Positions 1-10,209 of a stretch of 64,000 bases of DNA are shown here, in pieces. The notes under the pieces were generated by a model. That model saw only the letters and a program-made list of their open reading frames with translations. It ran no database searches and was not told where the DNA came from. Made by a program: the position numbers and the translations under genes. The first letter of the stretch is position 1; the number at the start of each line of letters is the position of its first letter. The DNA comes from an uncultured Bacteroidota bacterium. GTDB lineage: Bacteria; Bacteroidota; Ignavibacteria; UBA10030; UBA6906. The stretch is taken from positions 1 through 64,000 of the forward strand of contig CAVOYH010000005.1 of NCBI GenBank assembly GCA_963700635.1, written 5' to 3'.

Positions 1-2
1 TC

Positions 3-152
3 CAAAGCCTATTCGCCATGCCCTCAGAAGATCGCGAGGCGATGGGCAGGAACGGCCGCAAATACTATCATGAAAACTTCTCCTTTTCAAAGGGGGTATC
101 GGAAATGGTAGGTGTCTATGGGAAATGCTCCGTAGGGAAACAAAGCAAATGA
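3..152 (+). CDS. C-terminal end of a glycosyltransferase (GT4-like), truncated by the window start
   Basis: Frame 3 reads ...MPSEDREAMGRNGRKYYHENFSF..., typical of a GT4 C-terminal helix; TGA at 150-152. Confidence 0.65.
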   Translation, partial: QSLFAMPSEDREAMGRNGRKYYHENFSFSKGVSEMVGVYGKCSVGKQSK

Positions 153-572
153 GGCCCAACAAGAAGAGACCAACCCTGTGGGCACCCGCTGGCAGCAACT
201 ACATATATGGCTTCATGGCAGCGACATCGCACACGTTGCTAACGTACGTTGGCCAGTCTCCAGACCGTGTTCCATCCTTTTGCGAACCTTGTGATTTCTG
301 AACATCACATGCCTGAAAGGTTCACAGAATCCACTGTCACCCTGGCCATATATAGAGCAGCAGAGGTAGGGAACGGCGTCGAGCACGGACTGCCACACGT
401 GGACGCGAACACAGCATTCACTTGCCTTGGTGAGCCTGATGTAGAAAGCGCACCACTTAGTGCCGCCGATAAAAGTCGCCGTATTTACCGAGGACTCGGC
501 TGATCGCATCGACATCTATGTCTAGCTGATGGGGAGGACGTTTGAAGTTCCCCTGATTTTGTAGACAGAGAG

Positions 573-1448
573 TTAAGCCGCTTTGGTGTTGATTATTTCC
601 TGCAGCATCTGCATCGGGGTGTTGTACCCGAGAGACGAATGCAGGCGTTGGTGGTTGTAGAAGACCTCGATGTAGTCGAAGAGGTATCCATGGGCTTCGG
701 CACGTCTTGGGAACTGCTCATGGTCAACCCCTTCGGTCTTGACCGTGTGAAAGAACGATTCAGCTATAGCATTGTCGTAGCAACTCAATCCGTTGCTTTG
801 AAACACGAGGACCGATTGGTTGGACAAGAGTTCCCGGTACATTGCGCTCGTGTATTGACTGCCACGGTCGCTGTGCATGATCAACGGAAATCGCAGCGGG
901 TATCGTCGTATCGCTCGCTGGAATGCGGTGCAGATCAGTTGAGCATCGATCCGTGCGCTGGTCGACCAGCCAACGACAGCTCGCGAATAGAGGTCCAGGA
1001 TCACGGCCAGATACAACCACCCTTCGGTTGTCCAGATGTATGTAATATCTGAAACCCACACTTGATGCGGACACTCGGCAACAAACTCACGCCCCAGCAG
1101 ATCGGGGGAAGCGATGGCTCCTTCTCGTTGGCGTGTCGTGACACGGAAACGACGATGGCTTTTCGCAGCAATGCCATCTTTGGCCATCAGACGGGCCACA
1201 CGATGACGACCACAGGGCTTTCCCTTCTTGTTGAGCTCCCGGTGTATCCGAGGGCTGCCGTAGATGCCACGGCTCGCCTGGTGAACGATTTTGATCTCTT
1301 CCAGAAGTCTCACGTTGGCTGTTTCACGGGCGCTGACGATGTGCTGTCTGAACCGGTAGAAGCCACTTCTGGATGCGCCCAGAAGCCTGCACATGAGCAC
1401 GACAGAATGCTCATGTGCAAACTCGCTGATGAACGCGTACTTCATCAC
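573..1448 (-). CDS. IS3 transposase OrfB (DDE integrase core)
   Basis: WVSDITY, HSDRGSQY and DNAIAESFF motifs. Confidence 0.95.
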   Translation of the reverse strand: MMKYAFISEFAHEHSVVLMCRLLGASRSGFYRFRQHIVSARETANVRLLEEIKIVHQASRGIYGSPRIHRELNKKGKPCGRHRVARLMAKDGIAAKSHRRFRVTTRQREGAIASPDLLGREFVAECPHQVWVSDITYIWTTEGWLYLAVILDLYSRAVVGWSTSARIDAQLICTAFQRAIRRYPLRFPLIMHSDRGSQYTSAMYRELLSNQSVLVFQSNGLSCYDNAIAESFFHTVKTEGVDHEQFPRRAEAHGYLFDYIEVFYNHQRLHSSLGYNTPMQMLQEIINTKAA

Positions 1449-1759
1449 GGCCGTCGTGAGAATACGGCCATAGCTTTTTTTAGAATTTCTCGCTCTTCCT
1501 TCACCCGGGCAAGCTCACGACGCAGTTCCTCGAGCTCCTTCTTGTCCGCACCGAGGTTGCCGTTGCCAGGAAAGGCCGCTTGGGGTGATGTCGTTGCACG
1601 GAGTTCCCTTCGCCAACGATCCAACTGGTTGCGACTCACACCCAGATTCCGGGCCACTTCCGCCACGGTCTTGCCGCCTTCTTCCGACAATCGAACCGCA
1701 TCGACCTTGAATTGCTGGTCGAAACGACGGCGAGATTTCTTCACCTGTGACTGCTCCAT
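1445..1759 (-). CDS. IS3 transposase OrfA (HTH)
   Basis: FDQQFKVDAV...VARNLGVS...EREILKKA; A7G slippery site at 1474-1481 for a -1 frameshift into OrfB. Confidence 0.93.
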   Translation of the reverse strand: MEQSQVKKSRRRFDQQFKVDAVRLSEEGGKTVAEVARNLGVSRNQLDRWRRELRATTSPQAAFPGNGNLGADKKELEELRRELARVKEEREILKKAMAVFSRRP

Positions 1760-2028
1760 GGGTAAATCCTCCTGTGTTTATGTAACACCGTGGAGCTTAA
1801 CTTCGTGTCCTTTATAACAGGGGAAGACCAGTTCTCGGGATGTCGGTCTCTGAGCAATTTGACGAAAAGGATTCAGCCGATGTTGTTGAGACAGTTTTCG
1901 GTAGTAGGAACTATTTTGTGCTCTCAAAGGACGACGAGTTCGGGTTCTAAGGTGTTGGGACAAAAAGCGAATCGAAGACAAACGGCCCCGTGCTCGCAAG
2001 TGGCATGGATATCTTGAAAGAAAATCCA

Positions 2029-2706
2029 ATGTCATCCCCGGCTTCCACTGCATCATTCACGATTCGGTTGGCAAATATCCATGATATTCCACGGATAACG
2101 GACCTTCATCTTTTATCATTTCAACCGGAAGAACATGTACCCGTGATGCTAGGAAAGCAATATGTCCAAGCGACCTACAGGTGGATCATAGCTGGAGGAG
2201 AATCCTACGCGCTGCTTGCGGAAGCCGACGACAAGATCCTCGGTTTCATAGGTGTGTGCGACGGTCCGTTCACTCGAGCGATGTTCTTTTCTTGTCTACC
2301 AGAGTTCTTCATGAGTCTCATAAGGTCCCCTAATCTCATCTTCCAAAAGGAGTTATGGAAACGGCTTCTAAGGCGCCCACATCTTTCAGCCTCAGGGAAA
2401 CATCTTGCTGGATACCCAGGTTTCGCACAAATGACAATAGGAGCAGTAGGCGTGAGGAGCCGTGGTATGGGCATATTCCCAGCTCTTGTAGATGCGACTA
2501 AGGAAATCAGCAAAACTGGTGGTTCTCGGGCAATTAGAGCGGGTGTATACAAAACGAACCAATCCAGTCGAAGAGTCTTCTTGAAAGCCAATTGGATAGA
2601 AGCCAAGGAGTTTGAAACAAGTGACACGATTTTCTATGTTCACTTTTCAGATCCTTCCTTTCCTTTGGAAACAGGAATCAACGCAACTAGTAGCTCATAT
2701 CTATGA
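2029..2706 (+). CDS. GNAT-family N-acetyltransferase (start uncertain: 1990, 2005 or 2029)
   Basis: IRLANIHDIPRI N-terminus; RSRGMGI acetyl-CoA loop; N..S..F motif. Confidence 0.7.
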   Translation: MSSPASTASFTIRLANIHDIPRITDLHLLSFQPEEHVPVMLGKQYVQATYRWIIAGGESYALLAEADDKILGFIGVCDGPFTRAMFFSCLPEFFMSLIRSPNLIFQKELWKRLLRRPHLSASGKHLAGYPGFAQMTIGAVGVRSRGMGIFPALVDATKEISKTGGSRAIRAGVYKTNQSSRRVFLKANWIEAKEFETSDTIFYVHFSDPSFPLETGINATSSSYL

Positions 2707-3909
2707 GAGTTCGGCTCAGGAAATAAGAGCGCGTTGGTGGGATCCAGATTCTGATTCTGCAAACGGTTCCGATTGGAATCCGCCTTCTGTTGCACTTTGT
2801 CGTGGTAGCGAAACCAATGTGATGCCGTCAGATGTCACAGCAACTGCGTGAGGTAGGGAGATGTCCCAGTTCGAGTTGGCGGCCAATCAGCGATAGCAGC
2901 GTTCCATAGCAACAGGAATGGGATACGCGACTTTCCAGGCTGACAACCCCTATTGGTTAGGCTCTTTTTCCTTCACGAATTCGGTCCTTGATCGGAAGTG
3001 TGTGTACATGAGAGCCTCTGGGAGCAAATCGAATTGGATGATTTCGGAACGCCCATTTGAGCACGTCGGCACGAGGTTGAAAGACTCCTTCGTGATGATG
3101 GCAATGGAACATCCTGGGGCAGCATCGTAATCCTTCAAGGGCGTCATTGAGCGTTCCACGAGCGAAGAGTTTCCGGCAATGTGATGTGCAAGAAGTTAGC
3201 CACATCCTCGGTCCGAATCAGGGGGTAGCGCAGGATGCGATGGTGTCCAAATGCTACGTTGAGGAATTAATTGATCGAGGCCTACCCTTTGTCATCAGAT
3301 CTTGAGCGCCGTGGATGCCGCGACATCGCTTTGACACACTGTGTTAGTCGTTTCTTAGAAAGTTGAGAAACCGATGATGCGGTCCACGCTCTGCAAGAAT
3401 TGGAACGCCTGGAACAAATGCCGCAGAAAGGGAGGGCATCGATTCGACGGCGACTATCACAGGTATACGATGAGAGTATCGAACATAGAGCACGCATGAC
3501 TCAGAGAGCTCTCGTCGGCTACCTCCAGCAAGGCAATCCTGATGAGCGGCAAGTCCATCGGAACTCCTAGATGACCGCAGTAGCAATCCAACACCTGAAG
3601 CTGTTAACGGAATTGACAGCGGCCTTCACTCGGGCGCACCAGCATCACGGATTTGGCCACAATTTTATGTGTGACCTGTGTAGTAATGTAAAACGTTGGA
3701 GCGATAACACGCGGGGCGAGCAGTGAACGCCCGATGGCCGGCAGGAGTCCCTTTCAACGTTCCGCTCTGTCAAAGTGGGGGTCATGCGTTTGTGCTCGTA
3801 GTGCGTTTAAGAACCGTCGCACGCAAGAAACTAAAGTAGCTAGGCACGAGCACGAGGGCGGCGCGTCACATCTGGTCAAATAGGTCTGTCCACGATCACA
3901 ACAATCCCA

Positions 3910-4531
3910 ATGCCAAGAATATGTGATATTTTTCCTTGCGATCATCGGTCTCCTCATACTATCACCTGTGCTGATCGTCCTTGCGGTGACAGTAAAGTTA
4001 GTGGACGGTGGACCAATTGTCTATCGCGCCAGGAGAATCGGTCGGAACGGCCACGAGTTTTCACTCCTGAAATTCCGAACCATGATCATCAGTGCAGACA
4101 AGCGAGGCGGCGGGTTAACAACAAAACATGATCCGCGGATAACCCCGGTAGGTTCATTCCTAAGAAAGCTGAAACTCGATGAGCTACCGCAGCTGTTCAA
4201 TGTTCTCGTCGGTGATATGGCCTTCGTTGGACCGCGTCCTGAAGACCCGCGATACGTACATATGTACACTGCTGAACAACGCCGGGTACTCAGTATCCGT
4301 CCGGGCATCACAAGTCGCGCCTCAATTGATTTCCGAAGCGAGGAAACTCTCTTGGGTGGAGACAATTGGGAAGAAACATACATCAATGACATTCTCCCAA
4401 GAAAGCTGGCAATAGAATTGGCCTATCTTCAAGAAAAGACATCATTGTCAGATGTGAGAGTGATACTTGAGACCCTGGGAATATATCGGGGAGATAGGTC
4501 ACTCGTGAAGTTGTCCTTCGGTAGAACCTAG
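3910..4531 (+). CDS. Initiating phosphoglycosyl (sugar) transferase, WlbG/PglC-like; apparent extra T in the run at 3929-3933
   Basis: KFRTM, DPRIT, KLDELPQL and VGPRPE motifs; the expected N-terminus MPRICDIF-LA is restored by removing one T. Confidence 0.88.
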
Positions 4532-4659
4532 TCGACACCGCCCACTCGTTCATGCGAATGCGAGATTTACCGACGTCCAGGATTCTGGGAATGCCATTTC
4601 CTTCGCAACCTGCGCGGGCCATTCGATACACCACGTTAGCACACACCCCGGGATTTGTT

Positions 4660-5826
4660 ATGTTGCCTCGAAAAAAGTATCTCCCGTTTGCTCTTCCAGA
4701 CGTTGATGGCAGCGAGCTCGAAGAAATACGTGAAGCCCTTGCCTCTGGGTGGGTAACCACCGGACCAAAAGTGAAGAAGTTTGAAACCGAGTTCGCACGC
4801 ACAGTAGGAGCGAAGCATGCGATCGCGGTGAATTCCTGCACCGCTGCCATGCATCTTGCGCTTGAAGCGGTGGGCGTGAAAAGAGGCGACGAAGTTATCA
4901 CAACTCCCTACACTTTCGCTGCTACAGCCGAGGTTATTCGGTACTTTGATGCCCACCCGGTGTTTGTCGACATCGACATACGCACTCTCAATATTGATCC
5001 TCTACTTATCGAGAAGGCCATCACATCTCGCACTCGAGCGATCATTCCTGTGCACCTCGGCGGCTTGCCTGTCGATATGGATCCGGTGCAGGAGATCGCT
5101 TCCCGTCATGGCATCCCCGTCATCGAAGATGCAGCGCATACATTTCCGGCATCCTATAAAGGCAAAGAGATCGGGTCGATCGGCGACATGACATGCTTCA
5201 GCTTCTATGCGACGAAGACGATCACGACCGGGGAAGGCGGAATGATCACTACCGACAACGATGAGTGGGCTGAGCGCTGCCGGATCATGTCGTTGCATGG
5301 CATCAGCAAGGACGCCTGGAAAAGATATACTGCCGAGGGGAACTGGTATTATGAGATCATTGCTCCCGGTTACAAGTACAACATGACGGATATCGCGGCA
5401 GCGATGGGGCTTGCCCAGCTTCGTAAAGCCCACACCATGCGAGACAGGCGGCTGGCGATCGCGCGGGAGTATAATGCTGCATTCTCGATACTGCCGGAAT
5501 TGGAACTGCCGCCCGATGATCCCAGCTCTGAACACGCGTGGCATCTTTTTATGGTTCGACTTCATCTTGATCGTTTGCGGATCACCCGGGCAGTGTTCGC
5601 CGACAAACTGAAAGAGGGGAATATCGGCGCAAGCGTACACTTCATCCCACTACACATCCATCCATACTATAAAGAAGCGTTTGGGTTCAAACCGGAAGAT
5701 TTTCCCGTGGCGTACTGTGAGTACCAGCGGGAGGTGTCTTTGCCCATCTATTCGAAGATGACAGACGAAGACGTTCGGTCAGTGATCGATGCCGTGACTC
5801 AGATCGTTCAGGAGAACCGTCGGTAA
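4660..5826 (+). CDS. DegT/DnrJ/EryC1/StrS sugar aminotransferase (WlbF-like)
   Basis: SGWVTTGP, VIEDAAH and SFYATKTITTGEGG (PLP lysine) motifs. Confidence 0.93.
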   Translation: MLPRKKYLPFALPDVDGSELEEIREALASGWVTTGPKVKKFETEFARTVGAKHAIAVNSCTAAMHLALEAVGVKRGDEVITTPYTFAATAEVIRYFDAHPVFVDIDIRTLNIDPLLIEKAITSRTRAIIPVHLGGLPVDMDPVQEIASRHGIPVIEDAAHTFPASYKGKEIGSIGDMTCFSFYATKTITTGEGGMITTDNDEWAERCRIMSLHGISKDAWKRYTAEGNWYYEIIAPGYKYNMTDIAAAMGLAQLRKAHTMRDRRLAIAREYNAAFSILPELELPPDDPSSEHAWHLFMVRLHLDRLRITRAVFADKLKEGNIGASVHFIPLHIHPYYKEAFGFKPEDFPVAYCEYQREVSLPIYSKMTDEDVRSVIDAVTQIVQENRR

Positions 5827-5887
5827 GTCCGATCCGAAGTAATAAACACCTATTTCCATCTCGTCTCATAAGCGCGAAACAATCACG

Positions 5888-7195
5888 ATGACAATGGACA
5901 AAGACATTCTTGAGAGAATTGACCGCAAAACCGCCGTCGTGGGCGTGGTCGGTCTCGGCTATGTTGGTCTCCCACTCATTCTTTGCTTTGCAGAGAAGGG
6001 TTTCAAGTGCTACGGGTTTGATATCGATGCGAAGAAGACGGAAGCATTGACGCGGGGGGAGTCATATATCAACCATATTCCGGCTGAGCGGATAGGCCGA
6101 GCCGTCAAGAGTGGCAAGTTCTCGGCGACGACGGATTTCTCCAGGGCAGCGGAATGCGATGCGATCCTGATCGCTGTGCCTACTCCACTCAACAAAAATC
6201 GTGAACCGGACGTCCAGTTCATCGTGTCCTCCTGCGAAGCCATTGCGCCGTACATGCGCAAGGGCCAACTGATCGTGCTCGAGTCATCAACCTACCCCGG
6301 CACGACGGACGAGATCATGGTGCCGATACTCGAACGCGGAGGTCTCAAGCTCGATAAAGATTTCTTTGTGGCATTCTCCCCCGAGCGGGAAGATCCCGCC
6401 AACAAGGACTACCGTACAGAAACCATCCCGAAGGTCGTCGGGGCCACATCCCCCGAGGGCCTTGCGGTCGCCGAGAAGCTGTACCAGCAGGTCGTTGTCG
6501 GAACTGTCCCGGTCTCCTCCACCAGGGCCGCCGAAGCTACAAAACTTCTCGAGAATACGTTCCGCGCGGTCAACATTGCTCTCGTGAACGAACTCAAGAT
6601 GACCTTCATGAAAATGGGGATCGATGTGTGGGAGGTGATCGAGGCCGCAAAGACCAAACCGTTCGGATTCATGGCGTTTTACCCGGGTCCGGGCCTGGGC
6701 GGACACTGCATCCCGATCGATCCGTTCTACCTCACCTGGAAGGCCCGCGAGTACGAAGCGGAAACAAAATTCATCGAGCTTGCCGGACAGATCAATACAT
6801 CCATGCCCGACTTTGTGGTTCACCGGGCTATGGAGGTCCTGAACGAGCACAAGAAGTCCGTGAACGGGGCGAAGATCCTCCTGCTCGGCCTCGCATACAA
6901 ACAAAATGTTGATGATGACCGGGAATCTCCCTCGTATCACCTCATTGATAAGCTGGAGAGACTCGGGGCCTCGGTGAGCTATAACGATCCCTACGTTCCT
7001 GTGATCAGACCCTCCCGGGAATGGTCAAAGTTCGCAGGCCGCGAAAGCGTGGAGATCTCCGGTGAGTTTGATCTTATACTGATCTCAACGGCGCATGATG
7101 AGTACAAGGCCTTTGATTTCCATTCGATCGATGTTCCTGTGCTCGATACACGGCATGTTATTCGGAGTAATGGAGCCAGAGTGTACAGGGCATAA
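5888..7195 (+). CDS. wbpA: UDP-N-acetylglucosamine 6-dehydrogenase (WbpA-like)
   Basis: GLGYVG, AVPTP, FSPER, KLLEN and GGHCIPIDP motifs. Confidence 0.85.
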   Translation: MTMDKDILERIDRKTAVVGVVGLGYVGLPLILCFAEKGFKCYGFDIDAKKTEALTRGESYINHIPAERIGRAVKSGKFSATTDFSRAAECDAILIAVPTPLNKNREPDVQFIVSSCEAIAPYMRKGQLIVLESSTYPGTTDEIMVPILERGGLKLDKDFFVAFSPEREDPANKDYRTETIPKVVGATSPEGLAVAEKLYQQVVVGTVPVSSTRAAEATKLLENTFRAVNIALVNELKMTFMKMGIDVWEVIEAAKTKPFGFMAFYPGPGLGGHCIPIDPFYLTWKAREYEAETKFIELAGQINTSMPDFVVHRAMEVLNEHKKSVNGAKILLLGLAYKQNVDDDRESPSYHLIDKLERLGASVSYNDPYVPVIRPSREWSKFAGRESVEISGEFDLILISTAHDEYKAFDFHSIDVPVLDTRHVIRSNGARVYRA

Positions 7196-7208
7196 TTCCA
7201 GGGGTTGC

Positions 7209-8150
7209 ATGAGTCCGACAACGAAGATCAATTGGCCAAACGGTAAACGGTTCGCCTTTACGGTGTTCGATGATACCGATCTGACAACCATGCGGAACGG
7301 TCCGGAACTGTACCAGTTCCTGTATGACCATGGTGTGATCACCACGAAGTCTGTCTGGCCGATCAAAGGCGACGATGAGCCCGTGTACGGAGGTACGACG
7401 TGCGCCGATGACGAATATCTGGCGTGGGTCCGCAGATTGTCTGAACAAGGGTTTGAGATTGCCTTCCACAATGCAACCTTCCATAGCTCAAGAAGGGCAC
7501 AGGCCATTGAAGGTCTGGAAGAATTCAAGCGCCTGTTCGGCACGTGTCCCAACGCCCATGCCAATCACGCGAGCTGCACAGATGCGATCTATTGGGGGGA
7601 TAACAGAGTGAGCGGCATGAATAAGTTTGCCTATGATCTCCTCACGCAGTTCCGGCATCATGACCAGTTCGGGGGTACCGACGAGACGAGCGAGTTCTTC
7701 TGGGGTGACAAATGCAGGGAACAGATCAAATATGTCCGGAACTTCGTGTACACTGATATTAATACCCTGAACGCATGCCCCTCCATGCCGTATCACGATG
7801 AGGAGAGGCCGTTTGTGAACTACTGGTTCGCCTCTTCCGAAGGAGCAAATGGCCATTCGTTCTGTAAGACGATATCCGAGAAGAACCAGGACCGTCTGGA
7901 GGAGGAGGGAGGCGCCTGTATCATGTACACACATTTCGGCAGGGAGGAATTCCGGCAGAATGGACGCCTGCATCCGGAGTTCGTGCGCCTGATGGAAAGA
8001 CTCAGCCGGAAGAACGGGTGGTTTGTACCGGTGTCTGCACTCCTGGATCACATTCAACTGCAACGGGGTCACTATGTGATATCCGCCCGGGAACGCGGCC
8101 AGCTTGAACGAAAATGGCTGCTGGAAAAGGTGTTCAGAGGCACGTCGTGA
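7209..8150 (+). CDS. Polysaccharide deacetylase-like (CE4/NodB-like) protein
   Basis: FAFTVFDDTD, FEIAFH and IMYTHF metal-binding-like motifs. Confidence 0.6.
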   Translation: MSPTTKINWPNGKRFAFTVFDDTDLTTMRNGPELYQFLYDHGVITTKSVWPIKGDDEPVYGGTTCADDEYLAWVRRLSEQGFEIAFHNATFHSSRRAQAIEGLEEFKRLFGTCPNAHANHASCTDAIYWGDNRVSGMNKFAYDLLTQFRHHDQFGGTDETSEFFWGDKCREQIKYVRNFVYTDINTLNACPSMPYHDEERPFVNYWFASSEGANGHSFCKTISEKNQDRLEEEGGACIMYTHFGREEFRQNGRLHPEFVRLMERLSRKNGWFVPVSALLDHIQLQRGHYVISARERGQLERKWLLEKVFRGTS

Positions 8151-8165
8151 CCGGGATGCTCTCCT

Positions 8166-9170
8166 ATGAGTGATCTGACCCTTGCACGGACAGACTTTGA
8201 CCGGTCCCTTCCACTTACCCGATTCGACGATCGGACGGTCTACCAGACGAAGGAATGGCTGGCGTTTGTTGCTCAGGCACAAAATGCCGAGCCGGTGATC
8301 GCTTCCGTGAACGACGGGAATACACCCGTCGGAAGGTTCACCGGACTGATCATCAGAAAATATGGGCTCCGGATACTGGGCTCTCCCTTCCCGGGGTGGA
8401 CGACCAGCTACATGGGCTTCAACCTCCCCCCCTCCGTGTCACGCGTGGATGCGCTCCGTGCTCTGAAAGAGTTCGCTTTTTGCGAGCTCAACTGTATCCA
8501 TCTCGAGATCATGGACCGGCGTATTACAACGAATGACTTTGACAAGGCAGGATATCTGTTCGACGCCAGGATCTCTACCGGCTTCGAGATCGATCTGACC
8601 ATAAATGAAGCGGCCCTTCTCGCCGGGATGGACGCGGGGCGCTGTCGTTATATCCGGAAAGCGGAAAGGTCCGGCATCCGGATAGAGGCGGCAGACGACC
8701 TTTCGTTCGCCGATGACTACTATGCCCAGCTTGAAGATGTGTTTGCCAGGCAAAAACTCGTCCCGACTTACCCGATCGAACGGGTCAGATCGTTGATCCG
8801 GCACGTTCTTCCCACCGGTCACTTGCTGCTTGTGCGGGCGAGAGACCGCGAAGGACGATGCATCGCAACGGGGATATTCCCGGCACTGAACGACACGATG
8901 ACTTTCTGGGGCGGTGCGAGCTTGCGCGCCTCTCAATATCTCCATCCCAATGAGGCAATCCAGTGGTTCGCCATGCGCTACTGGAAGGAACGGGGCATCG
9001 CGAAGTACGACATGGGCGGCGGAGGAGAATACAAACGGAAATACGGCGGCCGCGAACTGAGGGTCCCCTGGGGGAGAAAATCCCGGTATCCCCTCGTTGA
9101 ATACCTGCGTAATGGCGGCAAGCATCTCTTTGCTTTGAAACAGCATGTACGTGGTCTTGGCCAGCAGTAG
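8166..9170 (+). CDS. FemAB-like double-GNAT (amino)acyltransferase
   Basis: IDL...RRYIRKAE, PNEAIQW and YDMGG..YKRKYG motifs. Confidence 0.75.
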   Translation: MSDLTLARTDFDRSLPLTRFDDRTVYQTKEWLAFVAQAQNAEPVIASVNDGNTPVGRFTGLIIRKYGLRILGSPFPGWTTSYMGFNLPPSVSRVDALRALKEFAFCELNCIHLEIMDRRITTNDFDKAGYLFDARISTGFEIDLTINEAALLAGMDAGRCRYIRKAERSGIRIEAADDLSFADDYYAQLEDVFARQKLVPTYPIERVRSLIRHVLPTGHLLLVRARDREGRCIATGIFPALNDTMTFWGGASLRASQYLHPNEAIQWFAMRYWKERGIAKYDMGGGGEYKRKYGGRELRVPWGRKSRYPLVEYLRNGGKHLFALKQHVRGLGQQ

Positions 9171-9180
9171 GAGAAAGAGG

Positions 9181-10182
9181 ATGACGATGAGTAAGAACTT
9201 CGCTATTACCGGCGTCGCCGGCTACATTGCCCCACGGCATCTCCGCGCTATCCGCGATACCGGCAACCGGCTCGTGGCCGCTCTGGATCCCCATGATTCG
9301 GTGGGTATACTCGACCAATTCTCCTTCGGAGTCCGGTACTTCCCTGAATTCGAACGGTTCGACCGGTACCTGGATAAACTCCGCCGCGGGCCCGAGGATC
9401 AGCGGTTGCACTATCTCGCAGTCTGTTCACCGAATTATCTGCACGATGCCCACATCCGTCTGGCTCTGCGCGTTGGCGCGGATGCGGTATGCGAAAAACC
9501 CCTTGTTATCAACCCCTGGAACCTCGATGCGCTCGAAGAATGCGAACTGGACACCGGACGCAAGGTGTACACCATTCTCCAGTTACGGGTGCATCCGGCA
9601 CTTATGGAACTGAAAGAGAAACTCCGGACGGAAAGGCCTTCACACAAGCTGGAGGTTGTGCTGACGTATGTGACCGCCCGCGGTCACTGGTATGATATGT
9701 CGTGGAAAGGGAGCGAGGAACGCTCCGGCGGCATTGCGACGAACATCGGCGTGCACTTCTTCGACCTCCTGCTCTGGCTGTTCGGCTCCGCGGAGCAGTG
9801 CCTTGTGCATCTCAAAGAACCGAAACGGATGGCAGGGTTCCTTGAACTGAAAAATGCCAATGTGCGGTGGTTCCTTTCTGCAGATACGAACGATCTGCCC
9901 GCTGCTGTGGTTGCGGACTCAAAGACGACCTTCCGGTCGATCACGGTGGGGGGAAAAGAGATCGAGTTTACCGATGGGTTCACAGAACTGCATACGCGTG
10001 TGTACGAGAGGACTCTTGAGGGAAACGGCTTTGGCATCGCTGATGCCAGAGGGGCCATCGAGCTGGTGCACCGCATCCGCTCCACCCCGATCACACCCGC
10101 GAATGCAACGGCGCACCCCGTGGTGCTGAGGTCCATTGCCTCGTATCTCAGTCAGGACGATATGGCTGCTGTCCAACCATAA
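9181..10182 (+). CDS. wbpB: UDP-GlcNAcA 3-dehydrogenase (Gfo/Idh/MocA, WbpB-like)
   Basis: GVAGYIAPRH, CSPNYLHDAH, CEKP and SGGIATNIGVHFFD motifs. Confidence 0.88.
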   Translation: MTMSKNFAITGVAGYIAPRHLRAIRDTGNRLVAALDPHDSVGILDQFSFGVRYFPEFERFDRYLDKLRRGPEDQRLHYLAVCSPNYLHDAHIRLALRVGADAVCEKPLVINPWNLDALEECELDTGRKVYTILQLRVHPALMELKEKLRTERPSHKLEVVLTYVTARGHWYDMSWKGSEERSGGIATNIGVHFFDLLLWLFGSAEQCLVHLKEPKRMAGFLELKNANVRWFLSADTNDLPAAVVADSKTTFRSITVGGKEIEFTDGFTELHTRVYERTLEGNGFGIADARGAIELVHRIRSTPITPANATAHPVVLRSIASYLSQDDMAAVQP

Positions 10183-10209
10183 AACGTTTTCACGAAGAGG
10201 ACAAGTTGT

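Larger units (their letters stand above)
543..1830 (-). mobile_element. IS3-family insertion sequence, 1288 bp, with 3-bp target duplication GTT
   Basis: Imperfect terminal IRs TGAAGTTCCCCTG...GACAGAGAGTTAAG and TGGTCTTCCCCTG...GACACGAAGTTAAG; GTT at both 540-542 and 1831-1833; orfA and orfB inside. Confidence 0.93.

Noticed and set aside
213-515. Short ORFs between the GT end and the IS
   Set aside because: No motifs or clear RBS, and they overlap on opposite strands, so they are unsupported.
3221-3234. GGGGGTAGCG as an ops/JUMPstart element
   Set aside because: Only a partial match, with no flanking JUMPstart stem, and far from the next start codon.
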